64,000 nucleotides of DNA from Candidatus Methylomirabilia bacterium (GCA_041496385.1 JBGQEL010000010.1:19245-83244); one strand, 5' to 3'; positions 10,091-21,919 are shown, numbered from the stretch's first letter. Program-made: numbers and translations. Notes: a model not told the origin generated them from the sequence alone.

Positions 10091-13000
10091 CTACACCACC
10101 CCCTTCTTCACGCTACAGACGAAGGCTTTCGTCTCTTGGATGTAGACGTTGGGGTCACCCACCGTGGCCGAGAGATCGTTGGTGATGTCGCCCTTGCTGC
10201 CAGGCAACCCCTCGATGCCCTTGTAGCCCCAGTGCCATGGCACGCCGATCTGGTGGATCTTCTTGCCGTCGATGGTGAACGGCTTGAGCCGGTTCGTCAC
10301 CATCGCCTTGACGTGGATCTTGCCCCGCGGCGTCGCGACCGTGACCATGTCGCCGTTCTGGAGACCGAGCTCGCCGGCCAGCTCGTGGCTGATCTCGGCG
10401 AAGTGCGACTCGAACAGCTCGGCCAGCATGGGCAGGTAGCGCGACATGACCCCGGAGAGGTGGTGCTCGGTGAGCCGGTAGGTCGTGATGACGTACGGAT
10501 AGTCGGGCGAGCCCACCGGCGCGAGGTCGTTCTTCTGATCCGGCACCTGCCAGATCTTGGCCACCGGGTTGTTCTGTCGCTTCGACAGCAGATTCTTCAC
10601 CGGCGACTCGATCGGCTCGTAGTGCTCGGGGAACGGCCCGTCGTTGAGGGGTCCGAAGAAGCCGCCGACGAGGTCGGTCCGCATGATGAACGGCTTGTCG
10701 CCGTTCTTGGCGTCGGGCGCCAGGAAGGCGTTGAAGTCCGGGACGTCGAGCCCCACCCACTTCCCTTTCTTGTCGGGCTCGTTGCCCGGTGCCTCCGGAT
10801 CCCACCAGATGAGCTTCTTCCTTTCGCTCCAGGGCTTGCCCTGGAGGTCCGCCGAGGCACGGTTGTAGAGGATGCGCCGATTGGCCGGCCACGCGAAGCC
10901 CCAGCCGTGGCCGAGGTAGTCCTTGTCATCGGCCGGCTTGCGCGCGTTCGCGCGGTTCACGAGCTTGCCATCCGGCCCCTCGACCGTCACGCCGGTGTAG
11001 ATCCAGCAGCCGCCGGCGGTCTTGCCGTCGTCGGTCATGTGCGCGAAGGTGTTGAGCGGCTGGTCTTTCTTGTAGACGACCTTGCCGTCCTTGTCTTTGA
11101 TCTCCTCGGTCGCGAAGCCGTTGACCTCCTTCAGCACGAGCTGCATGTCGGGTTCTTTCGGGTTGTCGCCGTACTTGAAGCCGGCGGCGAGGAAGCCCTT
11201 GTCCCGCTCCTTCTTCGAGCCCGCGTAGAGCTTCTGGAGCCGCTGGGCCAGGCTGCAGAAGAACTCGGCGTCGGACGTCACGTCGCCGGGCGGCGTCACG
11301 GCCTTCTCGTGCCACTGGATCAGCCGCATCGTGTTCGTCAGCGATCCGTCCTTCTCCGCGGCCGGCGCCGCCGGCAGGAAGAAGATCTCGGTCTTGACGT
11401 CCTTTGGATTGACACCCGGGGCCTTCCAGATTTCGGCCGTCTCCGTGATGAAGATGTCCTTCACCACGAGCCAGTCGAGCCGCTGCATCGCGGCGCGGGC
11501 GAGCTTCGCGTTCGGGCCGCCGACCGCCGGGTTTTGCCCGTCGGCCAGGAAGCCCTTGATGACGCCGTTGTACATGTCCACGAACATGTGCTGGTGGCTG
11601 TAGGCGTCGGCCAAGGCGCGCTTCGGCAGCCACTGATAGCCGAACTCGTTGTCCTTGGTGGCGGCGTCGCCGTAGAAGGCCTTCAGCAGGCTCACGAAGA
11701 ACTTCGGCTTGTTCGTCCAGAAGCCGCCCTTGGGCGTCTCCTTCTCGAGATACGTCTTGAGGTCCGGATGGGCGTCACGCAGCGGCTGGGCCATGTACCC
11801 CGGCAGCTCGTGGTAGAGCAGCTCGAGGTCCGTGGCGCCCTGCACGTTGGCGTGGCCGCGGAGCGCGACGACGCCGCCGCCCGGGCGGCCGACGTTGCCG
11901 AGCAGGAGCTGGAGCATGCAGAGGGCGCGGATATTCTCCACGCCGTTCGTGTGCTGCGTGAGGTTGAGGGCGTAAGTGATCGACCCGGTCTTCTCCGGAC
12001 CGGAGTTGCTGCAGTAGAGCTGCGCGACCTCCTCGAACTTGGCCTTCGGGATGCCGCAGATACGCTCCACCATCTCGGGCGTGTAGCGGCTGTACTGGCG
12101 GCGCAGGAGCTGGAAGACGCTGTTCGGGTCCCGCAGCGTCAGGTCACGCTTGGGATTCCCCTCGCCGTCGAGCTGATACTTCCAGGACCCCTTGTCGTAG
12201 GTCCGCTTGGCCTCGTCGAATCCGGTGAAGAGCCCACCCAGGTCGGTGGCGGTCTGGAATGCCGGGTCGATCAGGAACGAGGCGTTCGTGTAGGGGACGA
12301 CATAGTCCCTGAAGTAGAGATTCTTCTGGATCGCGTAGTTGATGAGCCCGCCGAAGAACGCGATGTTCGTCCCGGAGCGGATCGGGACGTGGATGTCGGC
12401 GGCGGCGCTCGTGCGCGTGAACCGCGGATCGACGTGGATGAACTTGGCGCCGCGCTCCTTGGCCTTCATCACCCACTGGAAGCCGACGGGGTGGTTCTCG
12501 GCCATGTTGGACGTGGCCATGATCACATCCGAGTGCTGCATGTCGATGAGGTTCGTCGTCATCGCCCCGCGACCGAACGTGGTCCCCAAAGCTGGGACCG
12601 TGGCGGAGTGTCAGACTCGGGCCTGGTGCTCGTGGTAGACGATGCCGAGCGTCCGGTTCAGCTTCGACAGGAGGTAACACTCCTCGTTGTCGATGCACGC
12701 CGAGCCGAGCGAGGCGATCGCCTCCAGGCGGTTCACGGTGACCAGGTTGCCGTCCTTGTCCTTCTCCTTCTCGATGAAGTACTTCTCGCGCGCGTCGTAG
12801 TAGCGCTTGGCCACCTGCTCGTACATCCACTCCAGCGGCTTCTCTTCCCACGCGTCCGAGCCCGGCGCCCGGTAGAGAGCCTTCGTCGGCCGGAGCGGGT
12901 TGTTGGAGAGCTGGATCGTCGCGGCACCCTTCGGGCAGAGGCGTCCTTGCGTGTGCGGCGTGTCGGGATCGCCCTCGATGTCGATGATCCGATCGCCCTT

Positions 13001-13189
13001 GGCGTAGATGAGCTGTCCGCAGCCGACCGCGCAGTACGGACAGACACCGTGGAACGCTTTGGCCTCTTTGATCTTGAGCGAGGTGGCCGCGGCTTCCACC
13101 GGGGCGAGATCGACTCCCCTGCCGGTGACCGCGACGCCCGCCGCCGTCGCGCTTCCGAACTTTAGGAAATCACGTCGCGAAAGAGCCAT
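10091..13189 (-). CDS. fdnG: Selenocysteine-containing formate dehydrogenase alpha subunit, Tat-exported
   Basis: Two ORFs join in frame across TGA 12611-12613 (HQARV-U-HSATVPALGTTFGRGAMT); SRRDFLK Tat motif; CPYCAVGC; LRGHANVQG; GGAGG SD before ATG 13189. Confidence 0.95.
12581..12599 (-). promoter_or_regulatory. bSECIS hairpin of fdnG
   Basis: GGTCCC-AGCTTTG-GGGACC stem-loop 11 nt downstream of the in-frame UGA. Confidence 0.75.
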
Positions 13190-13225
13190 GGACAACCTCC
13201 TCGCGGAGACTGGGAGTCGTCGGAT

Positions 13226-13498
13226 CTACCACTCGGGGCTCGTCAGCTCGTTCCAGGCGTGCCGCAGCACGACGATCCGCCGCGGTCCTGTCTGGTTGCC
13301 TTCGAGTCGAACGATGTCGCCGGGGCTCAGCGCGCCGAGGTCTGCGCTCGTCCCTTCATCGGAGACGACGAGCGTCGCGTCCGAGCAGGCCAGATCTGTG
13401 CACGTTTCCGACTCGCCCCTGACGCGCACATGCCCGGTAGACTTGTCGACGGAGACGACCATCATTCGGGACTGCTGGAGGGATTCGGTGAAGCTCAT
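13226..13498 (-). CDS. Hypothetical beta-rich 90-aa protein, first gene of fdh unit
   Basis: Strong SD (GAGGAGG); CTDLAC; LSPGDIVRL. Confidence 0.7.
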   Translation of the reverse strand: MSFTESLQQSRMMVVSVDKSTGHVRVRGESETCTDLACSDATLVVSDEGTSADLGALSPGDIVRLEGNQTGPRRIVVLRHAWNELTSPEW

Positions 13499-13539
13499 CG
13501 CCCTTTCCTCCTCGTCGAGGCTGGCGCTAACTTGCCGGA

Positions 13540-13568
13540 ATGGTAGTGTCGTCAGACCACGCTGTCAA
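13540..13568 (-). promoter_or_regulatory. Sigma70 promoter of hyp-fdh operon with FadR-like box in spacer
   Basis: TTGACA-N17-TACCAT; spacer contains TGGTCTGACG. Confidence 0.7.
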
Positions 13569-13612
13569 GGAACAACGCGTGTAAAGTCGCGCCTGAGCGG
13601 GCGACGCGGAGC

Positions 13613-13906
13613 CTACTCGTTGCTCTCGGGCGGAGCGTACAGCGTCAGCCGCTCGTTGAGGAGGCGCCGGGCCTCTTCGAGCTCTCCGCCCTGTAGCAAC
13701 TCCAGGATCCTTCGACGGGTTCCGAGGTCGACGATCGGCGCATCGACGAGTGGATTGTAGAAGCGACCCAGCTCCAGAAGTATCCGATCTACCCTAACGA
13801 TATCGGTAATATGAGCCTCGGCCTCTCGAAACAACTCGATGGCATGATCATCCCGCTTCCTGAACCTCAGGCCCCGTCGGTGCCGGCGCTCCTCGGCTTC
13901 TTCCAC
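13613..13906 (-). CDS. Hypothetical protein
   Basis: 97-aa helical ORF filling the gap downstream of fdhD. Confidence 0.6.
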   Translation of the reverse strand: MEEAEERRHRRGLRFRKRDDHAIELFREAEAHITDIVRVDRILLELGRFYNPLVDAPIVDLGTRRRILELLQGGELEEARRLLNERLTLYAPPESNE

Positions 13907-13920
13907 GATGAGTCCCGGCG

Positions 13921-14694
13921 TCAGACCTTCGGCGCCGCCGCTGTCTGGGTCAGACGCAGGCCGTCGCCGGCGTAGAGATTGAGGCTGTCGGGCCCGACGT
14001 ACCCGCAGACCGTGAGGTTGAGCTGTTCGGCCAGGGCCACGGCCATCTCGGTGGGCGAGGTGCGTGAGGCCACCACCGGCACCCCCATGCGGGCCGCCTT
14101 CAGGAGCATCTCGGAGGAGATCCGGCCGGTCGAGAGCAGGATGCGGTCCTCCGTCGGGATCCCGCGCAGCAGCGCCTCGCCCTTCACCTTGTCCACCGCG
14201 TTGTGACGACCCACGTCCTCGGCGACGACGAGCAGCCGCTCGCCGTCGCTCAGCGCGGCCCCGTGGATGCCCCGCGACTCACGGTAGTGGACGGCCGCCG
14301 CGAACAGTTCCTTCATCCGCGCCGAGACCGTCTCGGGATCGACGCGGAGAGACGACGAGAGGCGCGGGAAGAGCCGGTGGTCGATGCGAAACGTGATCCC
14401 GCCGCCGCAGCCCGAGGTCAGGATGCGCTCGGTCGGAAGCGTGACGGGATGCGTGAGCGTCACGTCGGCGCGGCCGTCGACCGGGGACACGTCGACCCGC
14501 GCGATCTCGTCGAGGCCGCCGATCACCTTCTCCATCCAGAGGTAACCGACGACGAGCGCCTCGAGCTTCAGGGGTGAGCAGAGCAGCGTGAGGAACTTCT
14601 CGCCGTTGACGTACACGGTCAGCGGCTGCTCGCGGACGACCTCGCCGACGACCTCGTCGGTGCGACCGTGGCGGATCCGGAGATACGTGCGCAT
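13921..14694 (-). CDS. fdhD: Formate dehydrogenase accessory sulfurtransferase
   Basis: EQPLTVYVNG, TSGCG, EDVGRHNAVDK, TGRISSEM. Confidence 0.95.
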   Translation of the reverse strand: MRTYLRIRHGRTDEVVGEVVREQPLTVYVNGEKFLTLLCSPLKLEALVVGYLWMEKVIGGLDEIARVDVSPVDGRADVTLTHPVTLPTERILTSGCGGGITFRIDHRLFPRLSSSLRVDPETVSARMKELFAAAVHYRESRGIHGAALSDGERLLVVAEDVGRHNAVDKVKGEALLRGIPTEDRILLSTGRISSEMLLKAARMGVPVVASRTSPTEMAVALAEQLNLTVCGYVGPDSLNLYAGDGLRLTQTAAAPKV

Positions 14695-14715
14695 CGGGCG
14701 GGCTCGTCGGCGATT

Positions 14716-15462
14716 CTAGCGCGGATAGACGACGCGGACCAGCGCGAGGCCTTGCGCGGGCGCCGTCGCGCCCGCCAGACGGCGGTCGCCCGAGGCGAGC
14801 ACCTTCGCGAGCCACTCCGGATCGCGGGCACCGCGGCCGACGGCGACGGCGCTGCCGACGATGTTGCGCGCCATGTGGTGGAGAAAGCGGTCCGCGGAGA
14901 AGACCAGCGCGACGCGGTCGCCGCGACGGACGACGTGCACCGCCCGGATGCGGCAGAGGGGATTCTTCTGCCGTCCGGGCGCAGCGCAGAAAGCGCCGAA
15001 ATCGTGGCGGCCGATCAGGTGGCCGAGCGCCCGCCGCATCGCCTGGAGATCGAGCCGCTCGGGCACGTGCCAGGCGTACCGGCGGAGCAGCGGGCTGGCC
15101 ACGCGCCCAGTGTCCAGCAGATACGCGTAGCGTTTGCCGACGGCGGCGTGCCGGGCGTCGAAGCCGTCGGCGGCGGCGCGGGCCGAGAGGATCCGGATGT
15201 CGCGCGGCAGCCGCGCGTTGAGCGCGCCGGCAATGGCCTCCGGTGCCAGTCGTGCGGACGTCGTCAGCGACGCCGCCTGGCGAAGCGCGTGGACGCCCGC
15301 GTCGGTTCGCGAGGCGCCGACGACGCGCGCGTCGGCGTCGAGTGTCTGCGCCGCGCGGAGCAGCGTGCCCTGCACCGTCGCGCCCGCGGCCTGGACCTGC
15401 CAGCCGCGGTAGTCGGTGCCGTCGTAGGACAGCACGAGCAGGACGGTGGAGACGGGCGCTAT
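14716..15462 (-). CDS. truA: tRNA pseudouridine(38-40) synthase (probable ATA start)
   Basis: SYDGTDYRGWQVQ, GASRTDAGVHA, FLHHMAR, TAPAQGL; start uncertain. Confidence 0.93.
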   Translation of the reverse strand: MAPVSTVLLVLSYDGTDYRGWQVQAAGATVQGTLLRAAQTLDADARVVGASRTDAGVHALRQAASLTTSARLAPEAIAGALNARLPRDIRILSARAAADGFDARHAAVGKRYAYLLDTGRVASPLLRRYAWHVPERLDLQAMRRALGHLIGRHDFGAFCAAPGRQKNPLCRIRAVHVVRRGDRVALVFSADRFLHHMARNIVGSAVAVGRGARDPEWLAKVLASGDRRLAGATAPAQGLALVRVVYPR

Positions 15463-15788
15463 CGCGGCGGCGGGCGGCGGCGGTCCGCCTGGACGGGCAT
15501 CACCGTCAGCCAGACGATCGCGACCAGGACGAAGAGCACGATGTCCACGATGACGCCGAGGTCCAGGTGCGTCAGCTGCTCGGGGATGCCGCGCTGCTTG
15601 AGCCATTCCTGGCGCTGGGAGTCCTTGGGCTCGTAGTAGGCGGGCGCGTAGCCCTGGAGCGCGTCGATGTAGCGCACGACGACCGGCACCGCGACGTAAG
15701 CGACGACGATGATCGTCAGGATCACCGCCAGGTGGAACCGCTCCTGATAGCCGAAGCGCCGGTGGTAGTAGCGCCGGAGCGACATCAT
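15459..15788 (-). CDS. Hypothetical two-TM membrane protein
   Basis: Two hydrophobic segments; GC-rich third positions. Confidence 0.7.
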   Translation of the reverse strand: MMSLRRYYHRRFGYQERFHLAVILTIIVVAYVAVPVVVRYIDALQGYAPAYYEPKDSQRQEWLKQRGIPEQLTHLDLGVIVDIVLFVLVAIVWLTVMPVQADRRRPPPR

Positions 15789-15824
15789 CCGCGCCCACTC
15801 CTTCCGTGCGGGTCGAGCCTGGGG

Positions 15825-16829
15825 CTACCCCAGCAGCAGCTCGGCAATCTGCACCGCGTTCGTGGCCGCGCCCTTCCGCAGCTGGTCGCCGACCACCCAG
15901 AAGCAGAGGCCGGTCGGGCTCCCGAGGTCCTCGCGGATCCGGCCCACGAAGCAATCGTCCTGCCCCTCGACCTCCACGGGCATCGGGTAGCGGTGCCGGG
16001 CCGGGTCGTCCCAGAGACGGAGCCCCGGGAACCGCGCGAAGAGCTCGCGCGCCCGCTCGGGCGTCACCCGCGTCTCGGTCTCAGCGGTCACGGCGACGGA
16101 GTGGCAGGTGAAGACCGGCACGCGCACGGTCGTGGGCGTGATGAGGACGTCCGGCGCCTCGAGGATCTTGCGCGTCTCGTGGACAAGCTTCATCTCCTCG
16201 CCCGTGTAGCCGTTCGGCCCGAACGTGTCGATGGCGGGGATCAGGTTGAAGGCGATGCGGTGCGGGAAGTGGCGCGGCGTCATCGCCTCGCCGCGCGCCC
16301 AGGCGAGCGTCTGCTCCCGCAGCTCGGCGATTCCGTTCACGCCGGCGCCGGAGACCGCCTGGTAGCTCGTGGCGACCACGCGGCGGAGCCGGCCCGCGTC
16401 GTGGAGCGGCTTGAGCGGCATGACGGTGACGATCGTGGTGCAGTTCGGTGACGCGAGGATTCCGCGGTGGCTCTTCGCCGCATGCGCGTTGATCTCGGGA
16501 ACGACGAGGGGCACGTGGGGATCCATCCGGAACGCGTTCGACTTGTCGATGACGGTCGCGCCCGCCCGCACGATCATGGGCGCGTACTCCTTCGACTGGG
16601 CCGAGCCCGCAGAGCAGAACGCGATCTCGACGCCCTCGAAGGCCGCCGGCTCGATGCGCTGGACGCGGACCGGCTCGCCCCGAAAGGTCACGCTCGTGCC
16701 GACCGAGCGCTCGGAGGCGAACGCCCGGAGCTCGCGCACCGGGAACTTCCGCTCCTCGAGGATCCGGAGGGTCATTTGTCCGGCCGCGCCCGTGGCGCCG
16801 ACCAGGGCGACCGTCACGCCCGATGCCAT
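15825..16829 (-). CDS. asd: Aspartate-semialdehyde dehydrogenase
   Basis: VGATGA, SPNCTT, SYQAVSGAG, DQLRKGAATNAVQI. Confidence 0.96.
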   Translation of the reverse strand: MASGVTVALVGATGAAGQMTLRILEERKFPVRELRAFASERSVGTSVTFRGEPVRVQRIEPAAFEGVEIAFCSAGSAQSKEYAPMIVRAGATVIDKSNAFRMDPHVPLVVPEINAHAAKSHRGILASPNCTTIVTVMPLKPLHDAGRLRRVVATSYQAVSGAGVNGIAELREQTLAWARGEAMTPRHFPHRIAFNLIPAIDTFGPNGYTGEEMKLVHETRKILEAPDVLITPTTVRVPVFTCHSVAVTAETETRVTPERARELFARFPGLRLWDDPARHRYPMPVEVEGQDDCFVGRIREDLGSPTGLCFWVVGDQLRKGAATNAVQIAELLLG

Positions 16830-17914
16830 CAGTACTGGGCCTCCACCATCTTCACGATCAGATCCCCCATGGCGCGCGTTCCGACCGGCTTCGTCCCCGC
16901 ACCCGCGACGTCCGCGGTGCGATGCCCCTGCTCGAGCACCCCCTGCACCGCCCGCTCGACCCGGTCGGCGTCCTTCTCCATGTCGAGGGAGTATCGCAGG
17001 AGCAGGGCCGCCGAGAGGATCGCCGCGATCGGGTTCGCGATCCCCTTGCCGGCGATGTCCGGCGCCGTCCCGTGCACGGGCTCGTAGAGGCCCACGGTTC
17101 CGCCGAGCGACGCCGACGGCAACATGCCCATCGAGCCCGCGAGAATCGCGGCCTCATCGGACAAAATATCACCGAAGGTGTTCTCGGTCACAATTGTGTC
17201 GAAGTGGGTGGGCTTGTGGACGAGCGCCATGGCGCAGTTGTCCACCAGCACGTGCTCGAGCGCCACGTCCGGGTAGTCCCCTCCGACGCGCGTCACGACC
17301 TCCCGCCAGAGCTGCGAGACGACGAGCACGTTCGCCTTGTCCACCGAGGCGAGGCGCTTGCGGCGCTTGCGCGCGACCTCGAAGCCCATCCGTGCGATCC
17401 GCTCGATCTCCCGCTCCGTGTACACCATCGTGTTGACGGCGCGCGCCCCGCCGGCGCCGGAGCGCTCGATGCCCCGCGGCTCGCCGAAGTACAGGCCGCC
17501 GGTCAGCTCGCGAATGACCATCAGGTCGGTGCCCTCGACGACCGACCGCTTGAGCGGCGAGGCGTCGACGAGCATCGGGAAGCACTTCGCGGGGCGCAGG
17601 TTCGCGTAGAGGTCGAGCTCCTTGCGCAGCGCGAGAAGCCCGCGTTCGGGGCGCGTCTCATGCGGGACGTTGTCCCACTTCGGGCCGCCGACCGCGCCGA
17701 AGAGGATGGCGTGGGAGGCGCGGCACAGCTCGAGCGCCCCCGGGGCGAGCGGCCGGCCCGTCGCATCGATCGCGGCGCCGCCCACGAGCGCCTCCTCGAA
17801 CTCGAAGGCCGCCCCGGTGCCCCTGGCGACCGCCTTCAGCACGCGCACCGCCTCCGGGGTGACCTCCTGACCGATGCCGTCGCCGGGCAGGAGCGCGATC
17901 TTGTAGGTGGGCAT
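16829..17914 (-). CDS. leuB: 3-isopropylmalate dehydrogenase
   Basis: [37 protein letters not shown]. Confidence 0.97.
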   Translation of the reverse strand: MPTYKIALLPGDGIGQEVTPEAVRVLKAVARGTGAAFEFEEALVGGAAIDATGRPLAPGALELCRASHAILFGAVGGPKWDNVPHETRPERGLLALRKELDLYANLRPAKCFPMLVDASPLKRSVVEGTDLMVIRELTGGLYFGEPRGIERSGAGGARAVNTMVYTEREIERIARMGFEVARKRRKRLASVDKANVLVVSQLWREVVTRVGGDYPDVALEHVLVDNCAMALVHKPTHFDTIVTENTFGDILSDEAAILAGSMGMLPSASLGGTVGLYEPVHGTAPDIAGKGIANPIAAILSAALLLRYSLDMEKDADRVERAVQGVLEQGHRTADVAGAGTKPVGTRAMGDLIVKMVEAQY

Positions 17915-17930
17915 CAGGCGCCCACGATCG

Positions 17931-19475
17931 TCATGGCCCGACTTCCTTGACGCGCTGGACGGCCGGCTGCGCGATGCGGTTGACCGCCGACAGGTAGGCG
18001 CGGGCGCTCGCCTCGATCACGTCGGTCGAGGAGCCCTTGCCCGAGACGATCGTCCCGTCGAAATCGACCTTCATCGCCACCTCGCCGATCGCGTCCTTGC
18101 CCGAGGTCGCCGCGCGCAGCGAGTAGTCCTGGAGCCGGCCCTTGAGCCCCGTGATCGCGTCGATCGCGGCGAGCACGGCGTCGACCGGGCCGTCGCCGAC
18201 CCCCGAGTCCTGGAACACCTGTCCGTCCTTCTTGAGCTTCACCGTGGCCGACGGCACCACGCCCGTGCCGCTGATGACGTGGAGGTACTCGATCTCGTAC
18301 CCGGCCACCTGCTGGGTCACCTCGTCGGTGACGATCGCCATCAGGTCCTCGTCGTAGACCTCCTTCTTGCGGTCGGCGAGGCCCTTGAAGGACTTGAAGG
18401 CGCGGTCGAGGTCCACGGCCGGCAGGTCGAAGCCGAGATCCTTCAGCCGCGCCGCCAGCGCGTGGCGTCCCGAGTGCTTGCCGAGCACGAGCTTGTTCGA
18501 CGGCCGTCCGATGTCCTCCGGCCGCATGATCTCGTACGTGAGCTTCTCCTTCAGCACGCCGTCTTGATGGATCCCCGCCTCGTGCGCGAACGCATTCTCG
18601 CCGACGATCGCCTTGTTGGGCTGGACGTGCACGCCCGTGATGTGGGAGAGAAGGCGCGACGTCTTGAAGATCTGCTCGGTCCGCACGCGCGTGTCGACGC
18701 CGAAGAAGTCCTTGCGCGTCTTGAGCGCCATCACGATCTCCTCCAGCGAGGCGTTGCCCGCGCGCTCGCCGATCCCGTTGATCGTGCACTCGATCTGGCG
18801 CGCGCCGCTCATGAGCGCCGTGAGGGAGTTGGCGACCGCCTGGCCGAGGTCGTTGTGGCAGTGCACCGAGAGGACGACGCGGTCGATCCCCTGCACCCGC
18901 TCGCGGATCCGCGCGATCCGCTCGCCCCATTCGCGCGGGACCGCGTAGCCCACCGTGTCCGGAATGTTGATCGTCCCGGCGCCCGCCTCGATGACCGCCG
19001 AGAGCACGTCGCACATGTAGTCGAAGTCGGAGCGCGAGGCGTCCTCGGGCGAGAACTCGACGTCCCCGCAGTACCCCCGCGCGTGCCGGACGGCCTCGAC
19101 GGAGGCCTTCAGGATCTCGGCGCGCGACTTGCGGAGCTTGTACTTCAGGTGGATGTCCGAGGTCGCGACGAAGGTGTGGATGCGCGGCTTGGTCGCGTAC
19201 TTCACCGCCTCCCAGCAGCGGTCGATGTCGCCGAGCCCGACGCGTGAGAGGCCGCAGATGGCCGGCGCGCCCTCCAGCGTCCCGACCTGCTTGGCGACCT
19301 CGCGTGTGGCCTCGAAATCCTCGTCCGACGAGATCGGGAACCCGGCCTCGATCACGTCCACCTGGAGCCGGGCCAGCTGGCGGGCCATCTCGAGCTTCTC
19401 CATCGTGTTCATCGAGAAGCCGGGCGCCTGCTCGCCGTCCCGCAACGTCGTGTCGAAGATGATGACGCGATCCAT
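17931..19475 (-). CDS. leuA: 2-isopropylmalate synthase
   Basis: [41 protein letters not shown]. Confidence 0.97.
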   Translation of the reverse strand: MDRVIIFDTTLRDGEQAPGFSMNTMEKLEMARQLARLQVDVIEAGFPISSDEDFEATREVAKQVGTLEGAPAICGLSRVGLGDIDRCWEAVKYATKPRIHTFVATSDIHLKYKLRKSRAEILKASVEAVRHARGYCGDVEFSPEDASRSDFDYMCDVLSAVIEAGAGTINIPDTVGYAVPREWGERIARIRERVQGIDRVVLSVHCHNDLGQAVANSLTALMSGARQIECTINGIGERAGNASLEEIVMALKTRKDFFGVDTRVRTEQIFKTSRLLSHITGVHVQPNKAIVGENAFAHEAGIHQDGVLKEKLTYEIMRPEDIGRPSNKLVLGKHSGRHALAARLKDLGFDLPAVDLDRAFKSFKGLADRKKEVYDEDLMAIVTDEVTQQVAGYEIEYLHVISGTGVVPSATVKLKKDGQVFQDSGVGDGPVDAVLAAIDAITGLKGRLQDYSLRAATSGKDAIGEVAMKVDFDGTIVSGKGSSTDVIEASARAYLSAVNRIAQPAVQRVKEVGP

Positions 19476-19489
19476 GTGCCCCCCCCGAC

Positions 19490-20287
19490 TCACGGATGCT
19501 CCTTGACGTGCTCGATCGGTACGGCAGCGGGCGCCGGCGCGCGTCCCACGATCAGCCGCCGGACCGGGCCCGAGAGCGCGTACCCGACGAAGATAAGAAA
19601 CAGGAAGAGCTCGTGGCTCGTGGCCACGATCATGACGCCCAGCACGACCACCAGCAGCGTCTGCAGCGGCCGGCGGCGCGCGAAGTCGAGCTCCTTGAAG
19701 CTCCAGTAGCGAAAGGTCGACACCATCAGCAGCGCGACGAGGTAGGTGCCGACGGCGATCGAGACGAGCAGCGAGCGCGAGGCGGGCGCGCCCTGGAGCA
19801 GGATCACGGCGGAGCCCACCACGCCCGCGGCCGCCGGCGTCGAGAGGCCGACGAAGTACCGGCGGTCCACCGTGCCCGTGTGGATGTTGAAGCGCGCCAG
19901 GCGCAGCGCGCCGCAGATCACGAACAGGAAGGCGCCGAACCACGCCGGGCGCCCCAGCGCCGAGAGCGCGAACGAGTAGACGAGAAACGCCGGCGCCACG
20001 CAGAACGAGACGACGTCGGCGAGCGAGTCGAACTCCACGCCGAACTGGCTGGTCGCCTTCATGAGTCGCGCCACGCGCCCGTCCAGAAGATCCATGATCA
20101 TCGCCACGAAGATCGCGAGCGCCGCCTCCGTGTAGCGATTCTCGACCGTCAGGAGCAGCGCGAAAAAGCCGCAGAACAGGTTGCCCGTCGTGAGCAGACT
20201 CGGGAGCAGGAAGATCCCGCGGCTCCGCTTCTCCCGAAGGTCGTGCCAGCGCCGCCGCCTGGGTCCCCTGTTGTGCCGCCGGATCAC
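19490..20287 (-). CDS. pssA: CDP-diacylglycerol--serine O-phosphatidyltransferase
   Basis: LLPSLLTTGN, DLLDGRVAR...FGVEFDSLADVVSF, LRLARFN. Confidence 0.93.
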   Translation of the reverse strand: MIRRHNRGPRRRRWHDLREKRSRGIFLLPSLLTTGNLFCGFFALLLTVENRYTEAALAIFVAMIMDLLDGRVARLMKATSQFGVEFDSLADVVSFCVAPAFLVYSFALSALGRPAWFGAFLFVICGALRLARFNIHTGTVDRRYFVGLSTPAAAGVVGSAVILLQGAPASRSLLVSIAVGTYLVALLMVSTFRYWSFKELDFARRRPLQTLLVVVLGVMIVATSHELFLFLIFVGYALSGPVRRLIVGRAPAPAAVPIEHVKEHP

Positions 20288-20913
20288 GCCGCCACTCCGA
20301 GCACCGTCACGCCGCCGACGACGCGATCGCCGGCCCGCACGCGCACGTCCGTCCCGCGCGGCATGACGCAGTCCGTCCGCGAGCCGAAGCGGATCATCCC
20401 AAAACGCTCGCCCGCCTCGAGCTTGTCGCCGGGCCCGACGCGGCACACGATCCGGCGCGCGACGACGCCCGCGATCTGCACGACCGTCACGCGGAGGCTC
20501 TCGCCCTGCAGGTGCACGGTGCAGCGCTCGTTCGCCGCCTCCGCCTCCCGCCGGTAGGCGGCGAGGTACCGTCCGCGCGCATACACGGTACCCACGACGA
20601 GGCCCGCGATCGGCGAACGGTTGACGTGGACGTCGAGCGGCGACAGGAAGATCGCCACGCGCACGGCCGGCCCCACGAACCGCTCCTCGATCTCGTCCAC
20701 CGAGAGCACGCGCCCGTCGGCGGGCGCGAGGACGCCGCCCGGCACCGACGGCACGTCGCGCTCGGGGTCACGGAAGAAGCCGAGCGCGGCGAGCGACGCG
20801 GCGGCGAACGGCGCGGCGAGCGCGCGGCGGCCCGTCAGCGCGAGCCCCGCGGCCACGATGCCCGGGACCAGGATAAAGGGCCAGCCTTCGCGCGCGACGG
20901 GGAGCTTCGTCAC
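20284..20913 (-). CDS. psd: Phosphatidylserine decarboxylase proenzyme
   Basis: FFRDPER, APADG, DVHVNRSP, IRFGSRTD cleavage motif. Confidence 0.94.
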   Translation of the reverse strand: MTKLPVAREGWPFILVPGIVAAGLALTGRRALAAPFAAASLAALGFFRDPERDVPSVPGGVLAPADGRVLSVDEIEERFVGPAVRVAIFLSPLDVHVNRSPIAGLVVGTVYARGRYLAAYRREAEAANERCTVHLQGESLRVTVVQIAGVVARRIVCRVGPGDKLEAGERFGMIRFGSRTDCVMPRGTDVRVRAGDRVVGGVTVLGVAA

Positions 20914-20914
20914 G

Positions 20915-21919
20915 TCACATTCTCGGCGGCTTGATCCAGGACATCATCGCCCGGAGCCGCTTGCCGACGTCCTCGATCGGATGCTCGGCGTCGCGCCGGC
21001 GCATCGCGAGGAACCCGGCGCGGTTGGCCTGGTTCTCGAGCACCCACTCGCGCGCGAACTGCCCCGACTGGATCTCGCCGAGGATCTTCTTCATCTCGGC
21101 CTTCGTCTCGGGGCTCACGATGCGCGGGCCGCGCGTGTAGTCGCCGTACTCCGCGGTGTCCGAGACCGAGTAGCGCATGTAGGCGAGCCCGCCCTGGTAG
21201 AACAGGTCGACGATCAGCTTCATCTCGTGCATGCACTCGAAGTACGCGACCTCGGGCTGGTAGCCGGCCTCGACGAGCGTCTCGAACGCCGCCTTGATCA
21301 GGTGCGAGATACCGCCACAGAGCGCCGCTTGTTCGCCGAAGAGATCCGTCTCCGTTTCTTCCTTGAACGTCGTCTCGAGCACGCCCGCGCGGGTGCACCC
21401 CACGCCCTTGCCGTACGCGAGCGCCATGTCGCGCGCCTTGCCGCTGACGTCCTGGTAGACGGCGAGCAGCGCGGGGACACCCGGCCCCTGCGTGAACAGG
21501 TCGCGCATCACGTGGCCCGGTGCCTTGGGCGCGATCATCGTGACGTCCACGTCGGGCGGCGGCACCACCTGGTTGAAGTGGATGTTGAAGCCGTGGGCGA
21601 ACATCAGCATCTTGCCCTTCCCGAGTCCGCCCTTGATCTCCGACTCGAAGACCTGGCGCTGGCTCTGGTCGGGCAGCAGCACCATGATCGCCTCCGCCAT
21701 CTGGGCGGCCTCGTTCACGGTCGCCACCCGGAGCCCTTCCTTCTCGGCCTTCGCCCAGCTCTTCGAGCCCTTGTAGAGGCCGACGACGACGTCCAGGCCC
21801 GAGTCCTTCAGGTTCAGCGCGTGGGCGTGCCCCTGGCTGCCGTAGCCGATGATCGCGATCTTCTTGCCCTTGAGCAGGCCGAGATCGGCGTCCTGGTCGT
21901 AGTAGATCTTCGCGGGCAT
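20915..21919 (-). CDS. ilvC: Ketol-acid reductoisomerase
   Basis: [32 protein letters not shown]. Confidence 0.97.
   Translation of the reverse strand: MPAKIYYDQDADLGLLKGKKIAIIGYGSQGHAHALNLKDSGLDVVVGLYKGSKSWAKAEKEGLRVATVNEAAQMAEAIMVLLPDQSQRQVFESEIKGGLGKGKMLMFAHGFNIHFNQVVPPPDVDVTMIAPKAPGHVMRDLFTQGPGVPALLAVYQDVSGKARDMALAYGKGVGCTRAGVLETTFKEETETDLFGEQAALCGGISHLIKAAFETLVEAGYQPEVAYFECMHEMKLIVDLFYQGGLAYMRYSVSDTAEYGDYTRGPRIVSPETKAEMKKILGEIQSGQFAREWVLENQANRAGFLAMRRRDAEHPIEDVGKRLRAMMSWIKPPRM

Noticed and set aside
12590..12613. fdh alpha as a split gene or pseudogene
   Set aside because: The TGA is in frame at the Sec/Cys ligand position and followed by a hairpin.
16829..19475. leuCD missing next to leuA/leuB
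   Set aside because: These genes are often encoded elsewhere; cannot be judged from one window.
19490..20913. psd-pssA inside the ilv/leu operon
   Set aside because: ilvC-psd-pssA-leuA synteny is already familiar from other bacteria.
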